Source: a virus
Lineage: Duplodnaviria; Caudoviricetes
Virus record (IMG/VR): IMGVR_UViG_3300027278_000016
Location: 1-54,853 of that record
Length of the DNA stretch: 54,853 nt
Reading direction: 5' to 3' (one strand)
This document shows positions 1 to 8,099 of the stretch, piece after piece. The notes beneath the pieces are model-generated. The model made no database searches. It had not been told where the DNA came from and was given only the letters and a program-made list of their open reading frames with translations. The position numbers were made by a program, and so were the translations under genes. Position 1 is the first letter of the stretch, and every line of letters begins with the position of its first letter.

Positions 1-96
1 CTATTATTGCGGTAACACCGCCTATCATTGCGGTAACACCGCCTATCATTGCGGTAACACCGCCTATCATTGCGGTAACACCGCCTATCATTGCGG
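1..96 (+). repeat. 21-bp tandem repeat CCTATCATTGCGGTAACACCG (~4.5 copies visible, runs off the window edge)
   Basis: Direct reading: contiguous units with no spacers. Each unit contains the inverted repeat GCGGT-AAC-ACCGC. Confidence 0.97.
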
Positions 97-182
97 CAGT
101 AGATTGTTCAACAGCATCTTGCGGTAATGACCCAGGTAGGGCCTGCTGCTTCTACTTAAGAGGAGTTTGCCGTGCTTGCTAA
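1..182 (+). CDS. 3' end (5'-truncated) of a Pro-rich repeat protein with a C-terminal 6-Cys mini-domain: ...IIAVTP(PIIAVTP)3PIIAAVDCSTASCGNDPGRACCFYLRGVCRAC*
   Basis: Not in the ORF track. Frame 3 is open from the window edge to TAA at 180-182. The first repeat unit differs by att vs atc, which is synonymous (Ile) in this frame. An AT-rich gap with a promoter follows. Confidence 0.75.
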   Translation, partial: IIAVTPPIIAVTPPIIAVTPPIIAVTPPIIAAVDCSTASCGNDPGRACCFYLRGVCRAC

Positions 183-199
183 AAATAAATTAAAAGATA

Positions 200-228
200 T
201 TTACTATTTTTGTTGTATATGCTATACT
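200..228 (+). promoter_or_regulatory. sigma70-type promoter (TTTACT-17-TATACT, with TG extension) for the oxygenase operon
   Basis: TTTACT 200-205 and TGCTATACT 220-228; AAGGAG SD before ATG 253. Confidence 0.65.
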
Positions 229-252
229 AAATATTAAAGTCAAGGAGATATA

Positions 253-468
253 ATGCCTAATAGAAAAATTGCTATGATTAATAACAATAACGTTGTTAGC
301 CAAATTATAGTTTTTGATGAAACAGATATTGCCGAGCAGGGAGTAATTGCTGGGATGCTTTCTGAGCCAAAATGTTTTGAAATAAATCCTAACTCAGAAG
401 CAACAATGGGATGGACTTATATTAACGGAATAGCATATCCCCCAGAAGAAATAGTGGAGATTATATAA
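253..468 (+). CDS. Small hypothetical protein, paralogue of 469-660
   Basis: AAGGAG SD; C-terminal P-x-x-F-E-I...GWTY...YPP motif shared with the next ORF. Confidence 0.8.
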   Translation: MPNRKIAMINNNNVVSQIIVFDETDIAEQGVIAGMLSEPKCFEINPNSEATMGWTYINGIAYPPEEIVEII

Positions 469-660
469 ATGGTAAAAAAGTTTATTTTAGTTGTAGGGGA
501 AGATGTTGTTACAGAAATGACTATGCCAGATGTAAATAAATTTAGTGGACTAATTGATACTTTATCAAATAACCCCAGGTTTGTTGAAATACCAATAGAT
601 TCTGAGATAGATAAGGGCTGGACCTGGGATGGAAATAATTTTTATCCCCCACAAAATTAG
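469..660 (+). CDS. Small hypothetical protein (GWTWDG..FYPP motif)
   Basis: Abuts the previous stop; GGAG SD; similar to 253-468. Confidence 0.8.
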   Translation: MVKKFILVVGEDVVTEMTMPDVNKFSGLIDTLSNNPRFVEIPIDSEIDKGWTWDGNNFYPPQN

Positions 661-671
661 ATTGGAAATTG

Positions 672-914
672 ATGTCAGACAGCAAAAAATCTTTATGGCA
701 ACAATATAAAGAAAATCTAGGTGACACCAGGCCTTGGGATTTGATTAATCCAAATTCTGAATGGGCATCTGAAGAAAAAGCAGACAACAGATTTTCTATT
801 TGCAAAGCATGCCCAGAGCTTATTCAAGCAACAAAGCAATGCAAAAAATGTGGGTGCTTTATGGCAGCAAAAACTAAATTAGAGAAAGCCTTGTGCCCTC
901 TTGGGAAATGGTAA
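672..914 (+). CDS. Cys-rich metal-binding protein, DUF6171-like
   Basis: R..ICxxC...QCxxCGCFMxxKTKL...CPLGKW pattern. Confidence 0.7.
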   Translation: MSDSKKSLWQQYKENLGDTRPWDLINPNSEWASEEKADNRFSICKACPELIQATKQCKKCGCFMAAKTKLEKALCPLGKW

Positions 915-915
915 T

Positions 916-1476
916 ATGTTTAAAGCAAATATAATTCAAGATTTTATTTCAAAAGAAAATTGTGAATATTTAATTAATACTGCAATTGCTTCAGATTTAT
1001 GGGAAAGCGGCGGTTCCACATTTTGGGATAACCGTGTTATTAATTATCATAAAATTGGCGAATACGATAAAAAGTCTGCATCCATAATGTTAGACGCAAA
1101 TGTTCGTTGCGGAGAAAGAATTAAAAACTTGTTTAGCGTAGAAGAAATATACTCTGACACATTACAAATAATTAGATGGTTTCCAGGAATGGAACAGCCA
1201 CCACATGCAGACGACATGAGCAACACCGATATGATAGGATTCGAGCACAGGTCCTTTGGGTCTATTATTTATTTAAACGATAACTATACAGGCGGACACA
1301 CTTATTATCCAAATTTTGATTTTGAAATTATTCCTAAGTCTGGCGCTTTAGCAATTCATCCAGGGGATCCAGAACACCTTCATGGAGTAACAAAAATTGA
1401 AAATGGAATGAGATATACAATTGCTTCGTTTTGGACACAAGAAAAAGAGAAAAGTCATGGCTGGCCAGTATATTAA
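916..1476 (+). CDS. 2OG-Fe(II) oxygenase, prolyl-4-hydroxylase alpha-like
   Basis: HAD (HxD), IIYLNDNYTGG, distal HGV and RYT 2OG-binding Arg; ATG 916 follows the previous stop. Confidence 0.9.
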   Translation: MFKANIIQDFISKENCEYLINTAIASDLWESGGSTFWDNRVINYHKIGEYDKKSASIMLDANVRCGERIKNLFSVEEIYSDTLQIIRWFPGMEQPPHADDMSNTDMIGFEHRSFGSIIYLNDNYTGGHTYYPNFDFEIIPKSGALAIHPGDPEHLHGVTKIENGMRYTIASFWTQEKEKSHGWPVY

Positions 1477-2212
1477 TGATAAGGGTAACGAAGTCCCTGA
1501 AAATACAATTGTAGTAATTCCACACGCACTAGACTCGGATGGTTCATACAAAGAAGTTTTGCTTGACTTAAAGGGCAACCCTAAAAGAGAATGGTTTAAT
1601 TCTCATTTTTACTATTGCTTGCCATTAACTATAGGAAATCAGTATGGCTATGTAATTAAATCTCTTAGAGACTTTACTGCTATTTGGGACGGAACTAATA
1701 ACAATGCACAAATTAATTTTATTAATAATGACAACGAAGATTTGCAAGTAATTAAAGATGGATTTGGTCAAGGAATTATAACAATACAAAACAAATTTGG
1801 ATTTAAAACTCCACCAGGAATAAATCTTATGACAATACAGCCACCAAATTGGTTTATACCAGGAACCGCTGCGATGACGGGTGTTATTGAGACGGATCAG
1901 ATTAGGCGTGATTTTACATTTAATTTAAAAATAACAGTTCCCAATATAGAAATATCTGTAAAAAAAGGTGACCCCCTGGGTGCATTTATTCCAATACCAA
2001 GATACTTTGTTGATAGGTTTAGCATAAAGCTTGTGTCAGATATTTTTGATAAAGACTCACACTCCTTAGAATTAAACGAGCTGATGTCTTTAGGCAAAGA
2101 AAGAACTACAATAGATTTGGCAAAACCTCACCAGTCTGGCCGCAGATATTTTAACGGTTTGCATACTAATGAAACTGAATACCCCGATCATCAGAAAAGA
2201 GTACCAAAATGA
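1457..2212 (+). CDS. DUF6065-like protein
   Basis: YYCLPLTIGNQYG, FKTPPGINL...PPN, TGVIETD...FTFN, KKGDP...IPIPR motifs resemble DUF6065. Likely start is ATG 1457. Confidence 0.65.
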   Translation: MAGQYINDKGNEVPENTIVVIPHALDSDGSYKEVLLDLKGNPKREWFNSHFYYCLPLTIGNQYGYVIKSLRDFTAIWDGTNNNAQINFINNDNEDLQVIKDGFGQGIITIQNKFGFKTPPGINLMTIQPPNWFIPGTAAMTGVIETDQIRRDFTFNLKITVPNIEISVKKGDPLGAFIPIPRYFVDRFSIKLVSDIFDKDSHSLELNELMSLGKERTTIDLAKPHQSGRRYFNGLHTNETEYPDHQKRVPK

Positions 2213-2757
2213 AAAATCCAATAGTTATAAACAATTTGTTGTCACAAGAAGAGTTTAAAGAATTGCAAGATTATGTTAAAAATTTAGATAAATCAACATT
2301 AGGACATTCTGCTGAATTTAGTAGATACGAATTTGGGGGATCTGAAATATTAGATTCTTTACACAAAAAGCTAATGCCCCTTGCTATGGATTTTTTTGAA
2401 AGCCAAACCCTAGTTCCATCATTTAATTTTGGCTCTTGGTACTATGGGCAAGCATCCCTAGAAAAGCATAGAGATGTTGCCCCATGTACTTACAGTATAG
2501 ATTTATGCGTGTATCAAAATACGCCGTGGGATTTATATGTTGAAGGGGTTCCTTACACACTGCAAGAAAATGAAGCCCTTTTATATTATGGCGAGGGTCA
2601 GAAGCACTGGAGAGAAGAGTTTCCAGATTCAGGAAATAATGTTGTTTGTAATGTTTTTTTCTTTTATGTTGAGCCAGACCATTGGTCAATTATTGAGCCT
2701 GAAGAAAAACACGATATAATTAGAAGACAGAATGCTATTGAAAGGAATTTATCATGA
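2209..2757 (+). CDS. Phage 2OG-Fe(II) oxygenase-like (DSBH) protein
   Basis: LEKHRD (HxD), C-x-YS, WDLYVEG, distal HWRE; ATGA overlap with the upstream gene. Confidence 0.75.
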   Translation: MKNPIVINNLLSQEEFKELQDYVKNLDKSTLGHSAEFSRYEFGGSEILDSLHKKLMPLAMDFFESQTLVPSFNFGSWYYGQASLEKHRDVAPCTYSIDLCVYQNTPWDLYVEGVPYTLQENEALLYYGEGQKHWREEFPDSGNNVVCNVFFFYVEPDHWSIIEPEEKHDIIRRQNAIERNLS

Positions 2758-3536
2758 AAATTGAAAAACACTGCGATGGAAATGTAATAATAGTTGAAGA
2801 TTTTTTGAGTCAAGAAGAAATTACGCAGCTAGACTCTTTTATGAGAAATTTTGACTATAACAATTTGCAAGAGCACGAATTTAAATATTGGGGAAAACGT
2901 TTAATTAATGATTATCAAATGAAATTAAACCCAGGGTATGAAAATGTTATGGATGGCGTTTTACCTACTTTAAATTCTATAATACAAAGAACAACAAACT
3001 TTTTAAATGAGCAAGACTATCAAGCCGAGTGGATCCCTTCTCCACATAATTTAATTAAAATGTTTAATGGCTCAAGTAACATGGAGTTTGATGGAGACAA
3101 AGAATTAGAAATGTTTATCCACATAGACAATCAAGGACACATGGAAAGCCCAATTATGTGGGGTAGCGTACTTTATCTTAATGATGATTATGAGGGCGGA
3201 GAGATTTATTATCCAGATTATGATTACCTGTATAAGCCCAAGGCTGGCTCAATGGCATTGCATAGAGGCAACACCCGTCACGGAGTCAAAAAAGTAATTT
3301 CTGGTGAACGTTTTTGTGCAGCCTCTTTAGTTACAATAAAAGGAAATTGGAATAATAATCCTTTGCCAACTAGAACTGATAACGCAGACAACCCTTACCA
3401 TTATCCAATAGGGTACTGGGGAAAAAGATACAGGCTTGATCCTATTCAAGGAGAAATTAAAAACCTTAGAAGCGACGGATCTACAGCAGAATATAACCCA
3501 GATCCTGAATTAGGAAGGGCGGATGGAAATGGTTGA
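2754..3536 (+). CDS. 2OG-Fe(II) oxygenase, prolyl-4-hydroxylase alpha-like, with C-terminal extension
   Basis: HID, VLYLNDDYEGGEIYYP, KPKAGS, HGVKKVISGER. Confidence 0.9.
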   Translation: MKIEKHCDGNVIIVEDFLSQEEITQLDSFMRNFDYNNLQEHEFKYWGKRLINDYQMKLNPGYENVMDGVLPTLNSIIQRTTNFLNEQDYQAEWIPSPHNLIKMFNGSSNMEFDGDKELEMFIHIDNQGHMESPIMWGSVLYLNDDYEGGEIYYPDYDYLYKPKAGSMALHRGNTRHGVKKVISGERFCAASLVTIKGNWNNNPLPTRTDNADNPYHYPIGYWGKRYRLDPIQGEIKNLRSDGSTAEYNPDPELGRADGNG

Positions 3537-4098
3537 TCAATTACTTATAGAAGAAGCAATAAGAGATAGAAAGATACATGTATTTAGAAATGCGTTTCCA
3601 GATACCCCTAAATGGGAAACCATGTTAGCAATTATTGCAAAGTATGTATCTAGAGATCTAGAAGAGTTTCCAGACAAGAGTCATTTAAGCACTTCAAATC
3701 TAGGAGAAGCGTATCTTAGCTTTCAATTACGATGCAGATTTTGGTCTAGACTCACTTATCAATTATTTGATCCAAAAGATCCACTTGAGTCGGATGTAAA
3801 AGAGCTAATCCCCATACTAGACTGGGCTAATGATACTTACGGTAGCCGCCTTGCAAATACATTTTCTCTTGTAAGTTTAATGGCTAATAGAGGACAAGTG
3901 GGATTAAAACACAGCGATGATGTTGATCAATTTCAATGGAATTGTAGAGGCACTTCACTGTGGAGGACTGGAGAAGATCTAGAGGTTGAAACTCACATCG
4001 AACCTGGAGATTTTATTTTTATTCCAAAGGGCATAAACCATGAAATTGAAACATTGACCCCTAGGTTTGTAATAAATTTGGTATTGAATAATGAATAA
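3523..4098 (+). CDS. JmjC/cupin-type oxygenase
   Basis: KHSD...FQWNCRGTSLW...EPGDFIFIPKGINHEI. Confidence 0.8.
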   Translation: MEMVDQLLIEEAIRDRKIHVFRNAFPDTPKWETMLAIIAKYVSRDLEEFPDKSHLSTSNLGEAYLSFQLRCRFWSRLTYQLFDPKDPLESDVKELIPILDWANDTYGSRLANTFSLVSLMANRGQVGLKHSDDVDQFQWNCRGTSLWRTGEDLEVETHIEPGDFIFIPKGINHEIETLTPRFVINLVLNNE

Positions 4099-4669
4099 TA
4101 TTATATATATAGATAAAAATCATGTCAGCCAACAGGACATTTTAAATGCTAAGCAAAATGTTGACTTGCTTTACATTGCAAATTTAATTCCCTCAACCAC
4201 GGGTTGGTCAGAATTTATTGATCATTGTGATTACACCGTTAAGCATCCAGAAGTTACTTTACCAAGCCCAGTAAAAGTTATAGGCGCATTACAAATATGG
4301 GATGATCTTTTTATGGCAGGATACAATGTTAGCAGTGGCAATTGCTTTAGCCAACTTGAAGAGGTCTTTGCAAAAACAACAGAGCTTTTTGGCAGAAGAC
4401 CAAACAACGGCTGTACCCTGATAAACTTTGTTGGGCAGCAAAAAACAATACCAGTTCATACAGACATAAGAGATTCATTTTTGTGGCAAGCAATAGGATC
4501 GGTTGAATGGAGAATTTGTGAAACACAAAGCGAAGACTCTGTGTATCAAATTTTAACGGTAAATCCAGGAGATGTTTTGTTTGTCCCCTCTGGACTTATT
4601 CACACAGTCTTTTGCAAAGACCCTAGAGCTGGAATATCTATATTCTATGACAAAGAGACCCACCAGTAA
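4091..4669 (+). CDS. JmjC/cupin-type oxygenase (paralogue of 3523-4098)
   Basis: VHTD...FLWQAIGSVEW...NPGDVLFVPSGLIHTV. Confidence 0.8.
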   Translation: MNNIIYIDKNHVSQQDILNAKQNVDLLYIANLIPSTTGWSEFIDHCDYTVKHPEVTLPSPVKVIGALQIWDDLFMAGYNVSSGNCFSQLEEVFAKTTELFGRRPNNGCTLINFVGQQKTIPVHTDIRDSFLWQAIGSVEWRICETQSEDSVYQILTVNPGDVLFVPSGLIHTVFCKDPRAGISIFYDKETHQ

Positions 4670-4730
4670 GTAAATTAGATTCAGTTAATCTTTAGCAAGG
4701 TATAATATAGAATAGCCGTAAAGGGTTTGG

Positions 4731-4746
4731 GGGTATAATATAATAT
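4731..4746 (+). promoter_or_regulatory. -10 element TATAAT 7 nt upstream of an SD-less ATG (probable leaderless transcript)
   Basis: TATAAT 4734-4739, ATG 4747; another TATAAT lies at ~4701. Confidence 0.55.
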
Positions 4747-7431
4747 ATGGCAACAGCATTCCCTACCTCCAAAGATGACTTTGTAAATCCTCAATCGACG
4801 GATTCTGTACAAACGGTATCTCATGCTGCCCAACACGCAGACGCAAATGATGCTATTGAGGCTCTTGAAACAAAGGTTGGTGTTAATAATTCTACCGACC
4901 CAGCCTCTATTGATTATAAAGTAAAACAACTTGAGCTTAACTTCCTAGACACTGAAGAAGTTCAAGATATTGCCGCAGCTCTTTTAGACCATGCTGATCA
5001 TTCTAACGTAAGCGTTACCTTCAATGATATTTCTAACAAATTAATTTTATCTGTTTCAAATGCCCCGTCAGCCAACTATACTTCTGTTGTTAAGCATGAG
5101 GTAAGAGCAGGAGAAGGCCTAGTAGCTGGAATACCCGTCTACGTAAGTTCCTCTAATGGAACAAACATGATTGTTTCAAAGGCTAGCAATGCTGGAGATG
5201 CAACTTCTAAAACTCTAGGGCTGCTTGCTCAAAATTTAAACGTAAATACAAACGGATTTGTTATTACGGAAGGTCTACTTGCTGGTTTAAATACTGGCAC
5301 TGCGGTGGCGGGAGATCCAGTATGGCTAGGGCCTACAGGAACATTAATATATGGATTAGCAAATAAACCAAAGGCGCCAGCTCAATTAGTATTTATTGGT
5401 ATAGTAACAAAAGCAAATGCAAGCAGCGGTGAAATTTTTGTTAGAATTCAAAATGGCTTTGAACTTGAAGAACTTCATAATGTTAACATAACCGCACCAG
5501 TAACAGGCGAAGTATTAATATATAACGCAACTACAGGCCTATGGACTAACACAAATACAATGGCTTCAAAGTCATATGTAGATACAGCAGTATCAGGTCT
5601 TTCAAATACAGTTGGAACAACATATATTCCCCTCGCTTTACTTGGAAACGCAGACGGTGTTGCAGAACTTGACGAAGCTGGATTTGTACCCGCATCTCAA
5701 TTAAACATCGATGAAAAGATTCAAGACGTAGCAGCAAAGCTAATTACAGACGGAACCCACTATAACATTACCGTCTCATATAATGATACTAATGCAACAT
5801 TAAGCTTAAGCGCAAACTATGACGACGAAGAAGTAATGGACGCAATTGCCACATCTTTAACGGCGGGCAATGGAATAACAAAGACTTATGACGATGTTGC
5901 TAATACAATAACCCTAGCGGTAAACACATCTGTAATTGCTGATCAGGCATATGTAAATCAAAAGATTGCCGACTTAGTTGCTTCCGCTCCTGCTGTACTA
6001 GATACATTAAAAGAGATTGCAGACGCTTTAGGAAATGATGCTAGTTTTGCAACAACAATAACTACCGCCCTATCTTCCAAACTAAATATAACTACTGCCG
6101 CAAGCACCTATCTAGCACTTGCCGACACAGATGAAAGAGTTCAAGATGTTGTTGGCGGTATGGTTTCTGGAAATACAGAATCAACAGGAGTTGCCGTAAC
6201 ATACGATGACCCAACAGGCAAACTAAATTTTGAAATAACAACAGCAAACCTTCCAGGATTTACTGAGGCAGCACAGGATTCCGTAGCAGGCCTATTTACA
6301 CACGCTGGCCATACAAATGTAACAGCTACATATGATGACGTAGAAAATAAAATTAATTTATCTGTAATAGCCCAGCTAACACAAGAGCAAGCTCAAGATT
6401 ATATTGCTCCATTATTTACACACGGTCTAAACCCTAATATAACAGCAACTTATGATGACACCGCTAATAAGCTTATTCTTGAAACAATTATTCCTCCGTC
6501 AAAAGCTATTATGTCTGCTTTTGCTCCAACGTCACCAGCAGATGGAACATTCTGGTTTGATACAGATGAATATAGAAGCGGTAACACATGGGCACTAAAA
6601 GTTTGGCAAGCATCAACATCATCCTGGCAGTACGTATCTTCAGATCTTTCATTATCAACAACAAACACATGGACATCTAAAAACACATACACTAATGGTG
6701 TAATTATTGGATTAGATGCAGCACCAGCATCTCCAGTTCACGGACAAATTTATTACAACAAGCCATTAAATAAGTTAAAGGTTTGGGACGGCCTACTGTG
6801 GCAAGATATTCAAGGAGCAGGAGGCGGTGGAGGATTAACATTAATTCCAACAGATGCATCTGCCCCACCAAGTACATTTTTTGTAGGTTTAATTTCACCC
6901 CCATCAGGAGCAACAGCAGAAGGAGATCTATGGATTGATGTTGATGACATTGATACTCCATTTAATCAATTCTATACAGGTGGAGTCTCACCAGATCCCG
7001 CACAATATGAATTTTGGGTTGACAATGTTGAGCCAATTCAAGAATTAATTTACAGCGCAAATGAACCAGCTACGCCATCATACCCAGGAGAACTTTGGAT
7101 TGATACAGATGAGTATGATGGAGCAATTGTAGAATTTGGAGCAACCGCCCCAAATCCAGATAATGTTCAGCTATGGGTAGACATAAATGAAAATGAATCT
7201 CCAAGTTATTATAAAGATTTAACATTTACCAACTATGCAACCGTTGCAGATTTTCCAGTCTCTGCTCCAAATGGCTATGTTGCTTCAGATGCATCAAGCG
7301 GAATGGCTTATGTAAGAAGCCAAGGACAGTGGTTGGCAATAGTAACTTCGTCAAATATAAATACTATTATTTCTTCAAACTCAACAGTATTTGAAGATTT
7401 AAAAGCTTTAGCCTGGATGGGATTTGAATAA
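4747..7431 (+). CDS. Large mosaic virion fibre/decoration protein
   Basis: Six ~37-aa E-x-x-QD...YDD...KL repeats, the phage fibre motif APAVLDTLKEIADALGNDASFATTIT, and C-terminal acidic P..P..G-x-x-W-x-D repeats. Confidence 0.75.
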   Translation: MATAFPTSKDDFVNPQSTDSVQTVSHAAQHADANDAIEALETKVGVNNSTDPASIDYKVKQLELNFLDTEEVQDIAAALLDHADHSNVSVTFNDISNKLILSVSNAPSANYTSVVKHEVRAGEGLVAGIPVYVSSSNGTNMIVSKASNAGDATSKTLGLLAQNLNVNTNGFVITEGLLAGLNTGTAVAGDPVWLGPTGTLIYGLANKPKAPAQLVFIGIVTKANASSGEIFVRIQNGFELEELHNVNITAPVTGEVLIYNATTGLWTNTNTMASKSYVDTAVSGLSNTVGTTYIPLALLGNADGVAELDEAGFVPASQLNIDEKIQDVAAKLITDGTHYNITVSYNDTNATLSLSANYDDEEVMDAIATSLTAGNGITKTYDDVANTITLAVNTSVIADQAYVNQKIADLVASAPAVLDTLKEIADALGNDASFATTITTALSSKLNITTAASTYLALADTDERVQDVVGGMVSGNTESTGVAVTYDDPTGKLNFEITTANLPGFTEAAQDSVAGLFTHAGHTNVTATYDDVENKINLSVIAQLTQEQAQDYIAPLFTHGLNPNITATYDDTANKLILETIIPPSKAIMSAFAPTSPADGTFWFDTDEYRSGNTWALKVWQASTSSWQYVSSDLSLSTTNTWTSKNTYTNGVIIGLDAAPASPVHGQIYYNKPLNKLKVWDGLLWQDIQGAGGGGGLTLIPTDASAPPSTFFVGLISPPSGATAEGDLWIDVDDIDTPFNQFYTGGVSPDPAQYEFWVDNVEPIQELIYSANEPATPSYPGELWIDTDEYDGAIVEFGATAPNPDNVQLWVDINENESPSYYKDLTFTNYATVADFPVSAPNGYVASDASSGMAYVRSQGQWLAIVTSSNINTIISSNSTVFEDLKALAWMGFE

Positions 7432-7437
7432 GCATTC

Positions 7438-7446
7438 TGGTATACT
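7438..7446 (+). promoter_or_regulatory. Extended -10 promoter TGGTATACT
   Basis: Intergenic; AGGAGG SD and ATG 7468 follow. Confidence 0.55.
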
Positions 7447-7467
7447 TTAGGATAGGAGGGTCATAAT

Positions 7468-8088
7468 ATGTCACTAAAAAGATGGAACGGTACCTCATGG
7501 GTTACCGTCGCTGGTTCAAGACCAGGACCCCAAGGTGCTACAGGACCTACAGGTTCTGCAGCAACTATTTCTGTAGGAACAGTAACAACTGTTTCAGCAG
7601 GAACATCAGCAGCAATTTCAAATGGTGGTTCGTCATCAGCTGCAATATTTAATTTTCAAATTCCAGCAGGACCAACAGGATCTGCAGGATCAGCGGGAGC
7701 ACAAGGTGTGGCGGGACAAAGAGGTTCTTATACTTTTACAGGAATCAATAACCCTACAGGATCAAATCCAGCAAGCAAGCTAGGACTAGACACATATTTA
7801 AACACAACAACTGGAGATTACTTCCAATACAATTCTTCAAACACTACATGGGTACTTCAAGGAAATTTAAAGGGCCCAGTCGGAACAGCAGGAACACAAG
7901 GTATAGTTGGTCCAACAGGAGCAACGGGCCCAGCAGGAGAAACAGCAGTAAATAATGTTATAGCAGAATTAAATAGTTGGAAGGCAGACCAGATACTTAA
8001 TCTTGGTGTATACTATCCAAAGTATGAATTCTTAACAAATATGTCACAAAACAATGCAACACTTTTAGCAACAAGCATGATATTCTAG
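7468..8088 (+). CDS. Short collagen-like fibre protein
   Basis: G-X-Y stretches interrupted by an ATISVGTVTT...FNFQIP domain also present in 18424-20802. Confidence 0.8.
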   Translation: MSLKRWNGTSWVTVAGSRPGPQGATGPTGSAATISVGTVTTVSAGTSAAISNGGSSSAAIFNFQIPAGPTGSAGSAGAQGVAGQRGSYTFTGINNPTGSNPASKLGLDTYLNTTTGDYFQYNSSNTTWVLQGNLKGPVGTAGTQGIVGPTGATGPAGETAVNNVIAELNSWKADQILNLGVYYPKYEFLTNMSQNNATLLATSMIF

Positions 8089-8099
8089 GAGAAAAAAAC

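Noticed and set aside
1-96. CRISPR array
   Set aside because: Units are contiguous 21-bp repeats with no unique spacers, and no cas genes are present; best explained as a coding repeat.
916-3536. DNA-modification (TET/JBP or AlkB) role for the oxygenases
   Set aside because: Motifs (YLNDDYEGG type) match P4H-like enzymes and the context is virion genes rather than nucleotide metabolism. Not excluded, but unsupported.
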